A stretch of DNA of 64,000 nucleotides from Podarcis erhardii (taxonomy: Eukaryota), in the NCBI GenBank assembly GCA_964252035.1, contig OZ176202.1; one strand, given 5' to 3'. A program made the translations under genes and the position numbers. Shown here piece by piece: positions 38,629 to 51,722 of the stretch. Positions within the stretch are counted from its first letter, which is position 1. The number at the start of each line of letters is the position of its first letter. The notes beneath the pieces were generated by a model that had not been told where the DNA came from, did no database searches, and saw nothing but the letters and a program-made list of their open reading frames with translations.

Positions 38629-39659
38629 CTAGCGTGTTAGAAGTTTAAAAAAATAAGAAAAAGGGGGGAAAATCAAATAAGCTTAAGGACACTGAAGCAT
38701 TTGACTCCAAAACAATTTTTCCACTTAGTCAGTATTCTTAGAATTCAGCTTTTTTAATAGACTGCTCTAAACAAACAAAGTAACTGGTTATTGGTACCAA
38801 TTGACCTAAGTACAGTTTCCCAAAGCCTGGGTGACTCGTTAAGTAATCAGGATCAAAGTGTCTGGGGTTGTTTTTTTGTGTGTGTGTGGTTTTCAGGTTA
38901 TTTGGTGTATGCCATGAAAATTGAGAGCACCAAATTTTTAATCCTGTTTTTATATTAATGATAGTATGTTGCTTTCTATGATGTATAAGAAACACATTTC
39001 AAGTAGTGTTTGCTAGAGATTTTCCTTTTGCTTGTTTAATTTTTTGTTACACAACAGGGAGAAGAAACTTCATTTTAAAGGGAAAAACCCTGGAAGCATA
39101 CTGTATTCTAAACACAAACAAACATATTGTTTTTTCAACTTTTAAGATAGCGTGGCTGAGCATTCCTCGTTATGTTTACAGCCTGTTCCCTAGAGACCTC
39201 TGGTGGCAATAAGCTCCACTGTTAGCTTTCCACAATGGAAGACTTTAAAAAATGGAGACAGAAGAATCACATTACAGGTGAAGGAATATGCAATGATATA
39301 TTAGCATGTTTAGCCTGATAGATTAAAAAAAAAAAATGACCAAGGGCTTCAGTTACTGACCTACTGAGGCATTATTTCCCTCCCACCCACTTTAAAAATA
39401 AATATCCCAGGATCCTGCATATGAATAACCACAGATCTGCCAGTTCAGTCTATGACCTTTCAACAGTGAGGACAACAGGAGACAACAACCCAACTCCCAA
39501 TGTCACCCTGTGGAAAAAATAACACTCAGACAGAGCCATCTATTTAACTGAAGTTTTTATATATACTCAAAACCAGATCTCCTGTAGATGATATAAGGAT
39601 TTGAAGGAAGTAATGTACCCCATAATATATTTACCCTTAACAACTTGGGACCAGTTTAT

Positions 39660-40020
39660 CTAAGAGATCGCCTTGCCCCACATGTGCCCACTCGACTGCT
39701 ACAATGGGTAGAATTGGCTAACTACAGGTACCATATAATACCCATTTGCCTTTCTAAGTCCTCAATCATTTAGTGTGGCAGCTCCTGCACTTTGGAACTG
39801 CCTTCACTGTACTCTTTTTGGCACCTGCTAAAAACATTAATGTTTAGACAAGCCTAGTCAGATGGTTAAACACTTGAAGTAATTTGTAATATGTTTCAGC
39901 ATTTTAACTTTTGTGTGTTTTAAAGTATGGTTGTGAATTTTTCTTGATTTTATTGTTTTATCTTTTTGTACTCAGCTTTGAGTTTGATTTTACAACCAAA
40001 TAGTATATAAGTTTTATGAA
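39660..40020 (+). mobile_element. L2-clade LINE 3' fragment, diverged
   Basis: gtgtggcagctcctgcactttggaactgcct followed by a T-rich 3' UTR. Confidence 0.55.
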
Positions 40021-40026
40021 ATATAG

Positions 40027-40059
40027 CTAGATGATAGATAAATAGATAGATGATAGATA
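40027..40059. repeat. Imperfect (TAGA)n microsatellite
   Basis: Directly visible. Confidence 0.8.
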
Positions 40060-40521
40060 ACACCTGCCTGTTTGCTAATGGATGAGGAATGGACTGAGCA
40101 AATCAAACTATGGAAACCATTTGATAAAGTAAGACTTCAAATAAATTAACACCTGACTCAAGTACCCTCTTCTAGTTGTAGAACTCAGACTAAGCACTCT
40201 CTACAATCATCTTGCACAGTACATTGTGCAGAAATTCTTCATCATCATCATTATTATTGATTAAATTTATATATACCACCCTTCATATCTGTAGATCTTA
40301 AGGTGGTTCACACACAGCAGTTGCTATGGCTGATACCAATGCACTTCCAGCTCACATATAACACAGTTAATCGAAACAAGTGAAGAAGGTGTACGGAAGA
40401 TGACAAAACCTAACACTTGAACAACAAACGCTTATGGTTGCAGTGGTTGCAATCTACAAGCCACTGATCAATCTAGCCACAGACTGGATTGTCAGTTTGC
40501 TGTTCTTTCATTACAACTTGC

Positions 40522-40669
40522 CTCGTGCGCCCTCTGCTGTTCCAAAAGAAGTTGGTAGTTTCCTGAAATCTCAGCAGCCAATTTCAGTTCCGTCTGAACC
40601 AAGAATTCCATCCAAGTCTCACATTTTTCTAGGAAGGTCTGTTGCTGCAGCATGAAGGATTGCAGCTTA
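40522..40669 (-). CDS. SYNE1: SYNE1 exon (KLQSFMLQQQTFLEKCETW...QRAHE), 148 nt, GC donor
   Basis: TTGCAG acceptor; the homologous protein boundary falls at GAG|GCAAGT (non-canonical GC 5' splice site). Confidence 0.93.
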
Positions 40670-41407
40670 CTGCAAGGATAAAAGAGTGATTCAGTAACAC
40701 CTCAGAGCTTGCTAAAACAAATTTACAGCAGTTCTTAAGGGAGCCATTTCACTTCACTTTGGCCTAAATGAGATTATTTATTTATTCATCCTGGGTATTT
40801 TTTAAAAAGAAAAAGTACGTACATAAAAATTAATTTAAAACAACTACCACAGTAATTAAACACACACATTTCTGCTTGCCTACTTCATTAGTTTGAATGT
40901 TAGAAGAATATGTTTCCCCACTTAAAATGTGCCTTTAGTTCATAAACAAAAACCCACAGCTACCTTCCTTTTGGAAGAACTGATTTAGCAAAGCAACCTC
41001 CGTTTCAATAAATGAAGTGATTAGCTCATTGTTGCTATTTCAGAAAATTCACTAGCAAGTACAGGAGATTACTGTCAGGTAAGTGGGTACAGGAGGGCAA
41101 TTTCAGGAATGAGTCTTCTCAAGCTTCTCACAGGTACTAACGCTGTGTGCACACACACATGGTGTTGTGCCCCTGCTCACTTCAAGCAGGGCCCCAAAGT
41201 TGGCAGGCAGAGGAACTAGTTGAGCTGGGGCAGGGGCAGGAGGGCTGCTGCAGCCTGCTGCGGCTACCCCCTCCAAAGTTTGCTTGAACTGCCCATCCAC
41301 AACCTTTCATTTGTGCTGAAATGTGTTGTCATGCTGTAGTTTGCAGCAGCACCTGTTGGCAGCCAAACTGAAGCATGACAACATATTTTTATAGAAACAA
41401 GCAGAAC

Positions 41408-41510
41408 TAGCTTTCCCAACCTGGTACCCTCCAGATACTATGGATTATAAAAAGCCCCAGCCAGCACAGTTGTGGTCCAAAAATATCTGTAACGTACCAG
41501 GTTAGGGAAG
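41408..41510. mobile_element. Internally deleted palindromic hAT-type MITE
   Basis: ttcccaacctggtaccctccagat / atctg..gtaccaggttagggaag. Confidence 0.65.
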
Positions 41511-41698
41511 ACTAATGGAGATTATTCTGCTTTCAGGAACACAAGTGAATCAATCAAACTTTTAATTTCTCCCAGTCTTATGAAACTATAGAATAAATTT
41601 AAAAACCAAGCCTGGAAGCATCAAATTTATTTAACCGTGCTACATTAAACCTCCATTCAGTCCAGGTTAAAACTTTGGTCCTTTATAAGTTGTCCCAC

Positions 41699-41853
41699 CT
41701 GAATCTTTCTGTGGTTTGTGACGAAATGATGGACCAATGCCTATTTAGATTTTGCATCCTTTTGATTTCTTTATCATTCAGGGGTAGTCTATATCCCAGC
41801 TCATTCAGACGATCCATATCTGGTGCCATGCTGCTGAATTTTAACATCTGGCG
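41699..41853 (-). CDS. SYNE1: SYNE1 exon (RQMLKFSSMAPD...TTERF), 155 nt, phase 0/2
   Basis: ATACAG acceptor, CAG|GTGGGA donor. Confidence 0.95.
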
Positions 41854-42188
41854 CTGTATAGTGACAGGGAACAAAGAAGTAATCAGCGCATATGTGATAG
41901 GATGCTGATCATCAGAGAACCAGAATGAACATACATATCAGTGCTTTTATGGATATTCATGTAAGATGCCTTTCATATTTTAGCACAATTTTAGATTTTA
42001 GACACATCCATTACAACAATGAAACATATTCAGTTTAAATCCTTATGTTCTGCTGGAAAACAACAACTCACTCACAGTTTACTTTATTGGGGAAAAGGTT
42101 CCCTGAAGTGTTTGTTCTCATTAAACATACTTTAGTATCAGACAAATTTCGCAAGTAAAAAAAAAGCCACGTTTCTGTCCTAACTCAC

Positions 42189-42335
42189 TTTAAGCTCTTC
42201 CATTCTATTCCGTATTGTGGACAGATCAGATGAACTACTTGGGTCTTGTTCTTTTAGCACTTCTTCAGCTTGCTTTATCCAATCCTCTAGTCCTCCTAGG
42301 CTCTTGGAAAATGTCTGGTAATCTTGAACCCCAGC
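42189..42335 (-). CDS. SYNE1: SYNE1 exon (AGVQDYQTFSKSL...MEELK), 147 nt
   Basis: CCAAG acceptor, AAA|GTGAGT donor, 49 codons. Confidence 0.93.
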
Positions 42336-43375
42336 CTTGGATTAGAAAAAAAAGGAAAGGAAAGGAAAGGTCATAAATTATGAAATGTGGGTTTCTTTTG
42401 ACTAATTGTCTACCAGTAACAGTGTATGTTAGCAGATCTTGCAGCTTGGGTGAATTAGAATGGAATAATCACAGTTTCTGGCGTTCAAAGGCATTATTCA
42501 TGCAGAAACTATTTATAAGAAAAGTGGAGATGAGAGAGGGAAAGAGAGAGAGAAAAAAGAGAGAGAGAGAGAAACAGCAGATATCTTGTCTCAACAAGTT
42601 GGGAGAGAACAATAAACTAAATGGCTCAGCTTTTAGAGGTGGAGTTAACTTATACAGAGAGCTATAAGCAAGTACTGGCTGGATTGCTAGATAAATATGG
42701 ACTTCTTATTGGCCACTTTTTTACGTGTCTCCTCATGCCCTCCTACCCTGATATTTTACCAACTGTGAGAATCTATATACTACCCTTTTCTTGTTTTTTT
42801 TCTTCTTATTTGTTTTGTTTCCTATTTCATGCATAATTAATTAAAACTTTTTTTAAAAATGCAGCAACTTATGAGCTACATACATTGCACAAAGACTTCT
42901 CCTCCTTTTCCACAGACATCTGTACTATTGCCATGGGGCAACTCATCCATAATGTGACCATTTTAGACACAATAAGAGCAAAATGCTAAATAAAGACCAA
43001 ATATCATTGTTTGGGTGTCATTCATTGCAGACATAGTTGTGGATGAAAACTTTCAGACCAGTCATTCAATATGGTGACTACTATTAAAACAATGTGACAA
43101 TAATGCTATTCTGCAAAAGCTGGTTTCATTTGCAGAAGTGATAATTACTATTATCATGTCCTAAACAAGGCAGTACGACAATCCCAACTTAAAAATAATA
43201 ATAGGAATAATTTTATGCCACCCATCTGACTGGGTTGCCCCAGCCATTCTGGGTGGCTCCCAATGAAGTATTAAAATCACAGCAAAACATCAACTTAAAA
43301 ACTTACATGAATTATGTGAGCAATGGAAGGCACTGGGAAAGAAGGAGCTGTAAGTGTGTGGTAAGGTCTTCCTAC

Positions 43376-43558
43376 CTGTAGTATAGATTGCTGCCTGCTC
43401 AGAGCCTGTTCTAAGGATGATAAATTCTGGTTCAGAGAGACTTGACCATACTGGAGAGCTGCTGCTGCAGAAGAGTCCACCTGTTGCTTCAGCTGTTCCC
43501 CCAGTTCATGCAGAACAAACAGAGAATCCTGCACGGTCTTCATGCCTTTAAGCAAGTC
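43376..43558 (-). CDS. SYNE1: SYNE1 exon (DLLKGMKTVQDSLF...QSILQ), 183 nt
   Basis: CTGCAG acceptor, CAG|GTAGG donor. Confidence 0.95.
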
Positions 43559-43774
43559 CTGCAGAGATTGTGATACTTAAAAACAGCATACAAGTAGTTT
43601 CTGAGCGGTGATTTTTCATAGTGCAAAGTATTATTGAACTTAGAATACGTTAACATGGACCTCAGCTTAACTGTTATAGCTGTGTTAGCTCTCCTGGAAG
43701 AAAATGGTACTGACCATCTTGGCTGTGAGTCCTAGGTACCTGCTACTTGCCTTGCAGGCAAGCATTCATGTATT

Positions 43775-43960
43775 CATTCATTATTCCCCCCCCCCACATT
43801 TATATGCCATCTTTATCTTCCAAGGAGATCAAGATGGTGTACATAGTTCTCCTCCTCTCCATTTTACCATCACAACAACCGTGTGAGGTGGCTTAAGCTA
43901 TGTGATGGTGACTGGCCCAAGTTCACCCAGCGAGCTTCATGGCTGCATGGGGATTTGAAA
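43775..43960 (-). mobile_element. MIR/CORE-like SINE, reverse strand
   Basis: Reverse-complement similarity to 29827-29995 (ccattttaccatcacaacaaccgtgtgagg..ggggatttgaa). Confidence 0.65.
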
Positions 43961-44397
43961 ACCTATTCACTGGATGGTGCAGCCATCACCAACAAGGAAG
44001 GCAATACCACAGTTCCAGGACTCTGAAGATGTAGCAATCAAAAGAATATGGGTTCAGGGGTAAGGTGGCAATAAGCAACCTTATCTCATCCTCCCAATTT
44101 GCTATTTGGGGGGAATGCCTTAGGGTCTCAGGGCAAATTTGGTGTGGGGAAATGTTTTGGAAAAGCTGATCTCCTTGGTCTATGAGTGGCAATGGTCTGA
44201 GTGGAGGATCAGGGACTGGAGCCTGGGAAAAGAATGAGTATGGTAAAGGTGTATTGGAAGAGAAGGGAAACACTTCATCTGTTCCCTTGTCAGTATTCAG
44301 CTAGTTTTTAAGAATCCTTGGGTATTTAACATTAGGGACCTTGCTGCAGTTAAAGAGTGTTGACTAATGGGCACAGCCTTCAGTTTACTGAACTTAC

Positions 44398-44602
44398 GTT
44401 GCAATCATGAATCCAAGCAGCAATTTCATCATCAGCAATGTCCTTGCTAGTTGCAGCCTTCAGAAGTTCATTTGTTCGGTCCTCATACTGCTGAACTGTG
44501 GAGCAGCACTGTGTGTAATAGTTTTTGTACTTTTGCCAGAGCTGAAGCAGACCCTTACTGGAATGCAGATGCTCTGCAATTTCTTCTAGAAGGTTGTTCC
44601 AC
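44398..44602 (-). CDS. SYNE1: SYNE1 exon (WNNLLEEIAE...IHDCN), 205 nt, phase 2/0
   Basis: CACTAG acceptor, AAC|GTAAGT donor. Confidence 0.96.
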
Positions 44603-45434
44603 CTAGTGATTATAACCAATGGATTGTGAGATAGAGGAGCTCACAGAGGGAAAACAAAATAGGCTATGGAAGAACTTTTGAGTACATCTTCATTTTGGGT
44701 TTCAAAACTTCTGCATGAATAAGATGGCAATTTGGCTATTTATCACAAAAACAATTTGAAAAAAGGAACACCAAGTATGTTGACTAATGGACTTTGAAGC
44801 CAATCTTCATAACCCTATGATGACCTTTGTTTTGTTCCAGGAAAAAAAGTAATTTAAAAAAGAGAGATGTAGGGGCGTGGGTGTTAAAGAAACCCTTCAT
44901 TTGAAAACTACATGTGGAGAAAAGAACAAAAAACATTACATAGAATGAAGTGGTAGGCCAAGGAGGTATAATTCTGGACACCATATTGCAGATAGAAGGA
45001 CCTGTGAATGTTTACTCACATTAAAAAGACAAACATGTAGTAAACTAGTAGATTAGAATTAAAATCTGATCAAAATCTTCTCCCATGGGGTGCTCTAACT
45101 CACACAACTTCCAAGGGGGTTTATTAGAAATGTGTGTGTGTTTGAGACCATAATTTAACTGGATTTGGGTGTCTACTTTGCTTTGAAGCTTCTGGTTTAT
45201 ACTGGAACTATTTAACGTTCAAATGGTACCAGAAAATTATTTTTGTTTTGCCTGTTTTATACAGATGACTTGAACAGCCTAGAGTTATACTGGCTCAGAG
45301 AGAAACAGATTTTCATTACAGAGCTGGGAAGATTAGGGTAAAACTACTTGATGAACCTGCAAGCTTGTTTTGCCCCTCCCACTCTTCAGGTACCTATTTG
45401 GGATTACGTTTAAAAAATACGTTTGGTTTCTTAC

Positions 45435-45568
45435 CTCAAGTTCATTTCTTTCAAAGTGTTATTAAGTACTTCTGTGACAGGTGGGTGGCATTCTTTCAAT
45501 AACTGATTGGTCACTGATCCAAATTTCTGTAAGCTATGGTCTTGCTTTTCCAATTCATCCTGCAAGTT
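45435..45568 (-). CDS. SYNE1: SYNE1 exon (NLQDELEKQ...KEMNL), 134 nt, phase 0/2
   Basis: TTTAAAG acceptor, GAG|GTAAG donor. Confidence 0.94.
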
Positions 45569-45686
45569 CTTTAAAAAGAAGGAGAGAGATTAAAGTGGAA
45601 AGAAATGTGCAATTGCAACCAGGAAGGAAGACATGGAATAATAAATTATTTATTCACAGGCAGGAGTTACCCATTCGAATTCCAGT

Positions 45687-46215
45687 TGACGTGACTCCAG
45701 AGAAACCACATCGGAAGAAGAGGAGTGGGCCTCTGTAGAGACCTCCAGCGCCACTGCTGTCAGACAGTTGAACAGCCTGAATTGCCTAGCTCCAAAGACA
45801 CATTGCTTGCCCACAACAGCCTCACACACTCCACCTCAATCCTAGACTTTCCCGCTTCTCCCCAGGAGCAAAGGTGGCATTGGGCCTACCAACAAGTCCA
45901 GAGCCAATGATGATGCTCTTTCCAAGCAGTCAGAGGAATTCACTACAAGGTCTACTCAGGAGGAGAAGCACAGGAGCATATGTACAGTGGGACCCAGCAG
46001 ATAACCAGAAAGGGGTAGGAGCCACATAAGAGGATATAAACCTCCCAGTGTCTTGTGGGTTGCCTATCAAGTCCACAGCTGCATAACCAAGCCCAGCTTG
46101 CTCCAGCTCTGAGTTCACCTGTCGTCCTTCTCCAACCTGGTTTGCCCTCCTCCCAGGTATGGGGAGCTGATGATGGATTCCCCTATGCATCTGATTATAG
46201 GTATGTCTGACGTCA
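45687..46215. mobile_element. Possible solo LTR or other unclassified repeat
   Basis: GC-richer block bounded by TG...CA with an internal gatataaa; no convincing TSD. Confidence 0.25.
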
Positions 46216-46564
46216 CCTTTTATGGATCCCCTTTTTTTTTACTTTTTACCTACTGAACTTCCAGCACCAACTGAAGATTTTTTTTAATTATTCCAATAGG
46301 CATTTTAATTGCAGTTTGATTTTAAAGTTTTAATTTTTCTTTTCAGAGTCATATCTGGCAACCTGTTAGCAGGAACTAAAATGGTGCTAAGAGGTGTTGA
46401 AATCCTAAAGCACCACTGAATGAAGAACACAGTAGAACAAGTTTGCCATGTTTTAAGCGCAGTTTTAAAAGGCTTCAATTGGCAATAATTTGCTTCCCTG
46501 CAAAGTTTGGAAAATTCCCCGACTTTCCTAAATACACTAAAGGCTTTGATGCTCATGTCCTTAC

Positions 46565-46735
46565 CTGGAGGTTATCAACTTGAACCTTCACTGCTTCCAG
46601 GGAACCTGTAAGGAGATGAAAGCGAGATAGCGAGTATCTGGCTTCCATCAGGTAACTATTCAGTTCTTCATAAGCTGCTTTATAAGAGTTCCACTGATCA
46701 AGGACAGACTGCAGCAATATTTTCAGTTGGCCAAC
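46565..46735 (-). CDS. SYNE1: SYNE1 exon (VGQLKILLQSVLDQW...DNLQ), 171 nt
   Basis: TGTCAG acceptor, CAG|GTAAGG donor, 57 codons. Confidence 0.96.
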
Positions 46736-47220
46736 CTGACAGAAAAAGAAACAGAACCAAACAATAAATAAAAAAGGAAAGTATAAATGCCATTTGCTGC
46801 CGGTTTAAATCATTCTGAAGACAAGGTTACTATTTCAGATTTTATTATTTTCTCTGGTCTAATATTGACACACACACACACACACACACCCGTCCCCTGC
46901 AGCCGCCAGCTCCACCTATCATGCTGATATGGAGCAGATTTTCAGGAGGCAAAGGGGTCTGCAGTGGGGAGGAAGAATTGCCAAGGGTCACCCCTTCCTC
47001 ATCATGGAAAAACTGGATCCAGCCAATAGCCTATGTATTCTTTAGTGTTGTAAGATGAGTTGCAATCCAAACAGAGTAAAATGTTTAAAAAGCTCTACAT
47101 AAATTCCACACAAGTGAATCAAATTCCTTGGCTAAACTGTAGCAACACATGCACAAATTCCCATCGGCTGCTCTTTGAGCTAAAATTCCCCTCTTCATAA
47201 ATGCAGCCATACTTGCTTAC

Positions 47221-47376
47221 CATGTGGTCCAAATTTGCCCAAGAATGGTTTAGTTTCTGAAGTGTGTTCATGACAACAACAGAAACGTCTTCTTTTTTAT
47301 TCTGTATCAAGGAAAGGCCACACTGTTCCACTTTCTCAACTTCCTTTTCCTTAGTTTTTATTTGCTGTTCAAGTTC
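47221..47376 (-). CDS. SYNE1: SYNE1 exon (ELEQQIKTKEKE...NLDHM), 156 nt
   Basis: TTTCAG acceptor, ATG|GTAAGC donor. Confidence 0.95.
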
Positions 47377-49760
47377 CTGAAAGAAATACAAATGACCATG
47401 GTTTTGTTTTAGGTTTTCAACTTTCTCAAATGTCGAAAGCCTTAACAGTTCCCAATAATCAGTGAAAGTTCTGGTGGAGAATTTGCACAGCTCTCTAATG
47501 CAACGGATTTGCCATAAATAATGATTCACATATTGCCATTTCAATTATTTTTAATTAAAACAATAGGCTGTATCAAATGCTGTATGGACTTACCTTTCCA
47601 CTCCTCCTCCCCACACCTCCCAAATCCACTCCAGAGAGTCTCCCAACCCACTGGAGTTACAGGGAAGAGGAAAGAAACAGTAAGTTCCATCACACAAGTG
47701 GAACAGTAGCATTGGATACCACCCTGTGTTTATTCAGAATCACCACATTCTGAATATGATTCTGAATGTCACTTAGATTGCTCATGGCCCATAACTAGAA
47801 ATCACAAGACTTGTGCATAGTCTTTCGTAAGGTTGTATATTACCTATATTTGCTGTTAAAATATAAAGTTACAATTAAATAAAATTACGATTGCAACATT
47901 TTTGACAAGTTGTTCCAGTTCTGTTTTCTCAGTATAAAACACTTTTTTTTCTATTTCCTGGCAGGCCAATGCTTCACTCTTCATTTTGGAATGGTTTAAT
48001 GGTTAACATGTTCTCTTTTAGATTTACACTGAGGTCTACAACAAAATGTTCAAATAAATAAATAAAATTTAAACTGGCCTGAGATCAAAGGAAAGAAAAA
48101 TGCACCAAATGCCAAAAATACTGGAAGAGAAATACTTTCATCTTTCCAATCTCATAACTCAATTAAAGTGTCGTGCTTGCTTCTGATTTACTGCATAGAT
48201 TTTCCTAAACTATTTGAGGAAAATTTGAATGCTATCTATCAGCAGTTAATATAGGAATTGCAATATTTGCATTACATTGCTCTAATGGGTAGTGTTAAGA
48301 GTAGACCTATTAAAATCAGAAGACTTAAGGCTAACTTATGCTGATTGATTTCAATGAATTTACTCTGAGTATAACTAAGTTGAATACCACTCATGTCTAA
48401 AGACTTAGAAAAATGATTCCTTTTGGTTTTTAGCAGACAAATTCCTGCCAAAATATGGCCTGGTTTGTGTGACACGCTAAGCCAAGCTGTGGCTTAGGAA
48501 GCTTGCAGCTAGTTTGCTCCTCTTGCCCCCTTTTGCTACCATGCCACATTAAGTTTGGCTTAGTATGCTATCTGGATCATGACTCATAGTTAAGCTCTCT
48601 CCTCACTAAACTAAGAACAAACCTTGGTTTGTGGGGGTCTCTAGTGTGCACTGTCACAAAAAGACAATAAATTGGATGAGGTTCTAGATGTTTACCACAA
48701 AACATCTGGGCACTAAATTATACTTTGAGGTTATCGCATTGCCTAGCAAAATAAGGATGCGGCCATAGAAAGTTAGGCACATCTAAATTTAGAACATAGG
48801 AGTAGCTTAATGTAAGGTCCACTTAGTCCATCATCCTGCTCCCACTTTGGCCAACCAGATGCACAGTACTGTGCTGAATTTTCCTGTGGTCCATGCAAGT
48901 TGTCATTTACAGAGAGACTGGGAAATGTTTGCAAACTCCTCTCTTCCACTCTTTAATGTGTTTTTGGCACCTATCTGCAGCCAAGGGAACACAATGTCAT
49001 TGCCCAGACAGTCATCCAAAGTTTTCTTGGACTGGGATGTATATCCAAAAGGACATCCCACTGCAAGTATTGTAGTGTGAAAAAAAGAAAGAAAACAAAT
49101 ACATGCGCATTGAAATGCGGATCCAAATTCAACAGTGCAATCCACCCAGCCTGTTTCAAGCAAACATTAATGTAGTGTCACAATTTTATTTATTTACAAC
49201 CTCAAGTAAAAACAAATTCTTAGTGATTGTGATTGGTCTAAGGCTTACTTATACAGGATGACAAGCAACCTACTGGGTTAAAATAATGAGAACAGGAGAA
49301 TCATCATGATCATGTTAAAAAATGAAAAAAGGTATCACCCCTCATTTTTTGATAGGTGCCGTTTTGATAATTAAGGTAGACCAACATGATCTGAAATGTT
49401 ATATTTTAAAAGCAAATTTGCTATTTGTCAAGACAAAATTTCTTTAAAAAGACTCAAGACTAGGTTTTCTGTTCATCTAGGCTACCAGATGACGAAAAAT
49501 ATACCTACCCCCACACACAAATGTTTCCCTTCATTTCAAAAATCAAAGAGAATAATTGAAATTCCTGAATACCACCCTGTTCCTGATACTGTGATGTAAG
49601 CTTTTTGCCAGCCACTTAAAAGAGAAATATCTTAATGTTTTAATAGAAAATCTGGTCCTTGAGAGAACTGTTTAGTTTTCAAAGTATAGAAAACATTCAC
49701 CTCAGTCTAGTGGCACATATGAGAAGTTCCGGAAAGGTCTACAGGATTCAGGGTGGTCTT

Positions 49761-49934
49761 GAATTTAGGTCAGAGCTTATCAACATAAGAGAGTGATCCA
49801 GACAATCTACTGCCATATTGAATTACACCGACAGAGCCAAGCTAAGATCTGGAATCTAGGTCAGAGCTAAGGAATGAAATATCTTTATCAACATGAAGAG
49901 GGTGATTCCAATGATCTACTGCCATATTGAGTTA
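49761..49934. repeat. Imperfect local direct duplication (two copies of about 65-83 nt)
   Basis: gaat.taggtcagagct..tatcaacat..gtgat.cca..atctactgccatattga.tta at 49761-49825 and 49852-49934. Confidence 0.8.
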
Positions 49935-50129
49935 TAGCTAGAAAGTGAAAACAGAACAAGTACAGTAGGCGTCACAGCTTATGCTTGAGACACAATAGAG
50001 AGATGGCCACACAAAATTGAGGGATGGAAAGGAGCAAGAGGTGTCAGGGCCAAGTAACACCCAGCCAGCTAAAAGTCGTGATGGGCCTGATGGGGGCCAG
50101 TAAACTGAAGATGAATCCTGTTTAGGCAG

Positions 50130-50915
50130 AGGTGCTGTGAATGGGTGGTTGCCATGTTTGGGAATTAGGTATCTGAAAGAGGTTTCAACCCCATCCTCTC
50201 AATGTAAAGGGAACCGTCTGGGACTGCTTCTGGATTCCAACCTGGATTCTAAGCACAGCTGTTCCTGGACCAGGACAGCCTGACTTCTGCTGACCATGTC
50301 CTAGTGACATCAGGCCAGGATTACTGTAATGTCTTCCAGGTGTGTTTTCCCTTGAAGACAGCCCAGAAACTGCAGCTAGTGCATAATGCAGCTACCCGGT
50401 AGATCCAATGGGCCAATGTGCCACAGGTTCTGAAAGCACTCCACTGGCTGCCAGTTACTGGGTCAAATTCAATGCAGTAGTACCAGCATACAAATTTCTA
50501 GATGGCTTGGCACCCAAATACCTAAAATAATGCTTCCTCAAATATTTGCAGGGGAAGCTGTGTTGGCGATACTGCCCAGCTGGCATTGACCTGTAAGACA
50601 GAGCCTTCTCAGCAGTGGTTGCCTGTTTGTGGAATATCCTCCCTGGTGAGGCACCCGTCTCCCTCATTATTAACATTCAGGAGAAACTTTAAACAAAACA
50701 AATTCCTTCCAGTAGCACTTTAAAAACTTTAAAACAGTCTTGTTTACAGAGGTATTTGGTGGCTGAAAAACACTGTTCTTGGCAACCCTGCAATTATTAG
50801 CTGTGAGACTACATGACTCTTTAAATGCTTTCGTTTTATTTTTAATTTTATTGTATGACAATTTTTGTGTTTGCTACCCAGGGCTCCTTTGAGAGGAAGG
50901 TTAGGACAGAAATGC
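50130..50915 (+). mobile_element. L2-clade LINE 3' fragment (degenerate RT C-terminus plus 3' UTR)
   Basis: ccaggattactgtaatg..cccttgaagacagcccagaaactgcagctagtgcataatgcagc..ccactggctgccagtt..gagccttctcagcagtgg. Confidence 0.75.
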
Positions 50916-50946
50916 AGTAATTTAACAATCACCACCACAGCAATAC

Positions 50947-51102
50947 CTGACAGTCTTTCAAGGCATTCTGGACTGAAGCCTGATCTCCAATTTTCTGTTG
51001 TTCCTTCAGTCTCTTCTCCTGAGTTTCAAACCACATCTTCAGGGATTGAACACTGTCTTCATATTCTATCCAAGATTCCAGAAAACCTTCTAACAACTGA
51101 AT
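50947..51102 (-). CDS. SYNE1: SYNE1 exon (IQLLEGFLESW...LKDCQ), 156 nt
   Basis: TTTTTCAG acceptor, CAG|GTATTG donor, 52 codons. Confidence 0.96.
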
Positions 51103-51545
51103 CTGAAAAAGATATGCAGATATTTTAAATAATGTAATTCACAGAGTTGAGGTAACTACTTCTTTCAGTGGAAAGTACTTCTGTATTAGTTCAAGCTTTC
51201 TTAGAACATAGCATTGTTCCGAGAGCATTGTAGGGCAGCAAACTTCAGGGCAGTCAAGTCACTACTTTAATAAACAGTAACAGTAAGAAAAAGACTTGCC
51301 TGCCTTTTACATAAGGACAAATTCTTAGAATTTGCCTGCCCCCAAAGGTTGGAGTGCATTTTCACCTCCCCCCGCCCCCCCCCCCCGCAAAGAACCCTGC
51401 TATGAAAATTGCTGGGACAAATACTTTGGTTCAGTACTAGCTCTCACACATAAATAATGGAATTCAGAATATGTCTTTCCCTCTGATTAATAAGCAATTT
51501 ATACTCTTGCCATTCTCTGTAAATTTGGTGGGCTTATTTCCTTAC

Positions 51546-51722
51546 CTTTTCTGTTATCAGGCCTTGCAGGACCTGCCAACGCCTATTCATTACTCCAAGT
51601 TGTTCTGCAAAATCAGTCTTGTCACTGCGTTTACTCTCCACATCCTGACTGCTAATTTGAAGTACTGATTGGTTAACAAAGTCTACAGTTAACTGCTTAC
51701 AGTTGACATCAATCTTGAAACC
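51546..51722 (-). CDS. SYNE1: SYNE1 exon (GFKIDVNCKQLTVDFVNQ...ITEK), 177 nt
   Basis: CACTAG acceptor, AAG|GTAAG donor, 59 codons. Confidence 0.96.

Noticed and set aside
44358-44790. 13-nt direct repeat tgttgactaatgg on both sides of one exon
   Set aside because: Chance-level over a 64-kb window; no mechanism or further support
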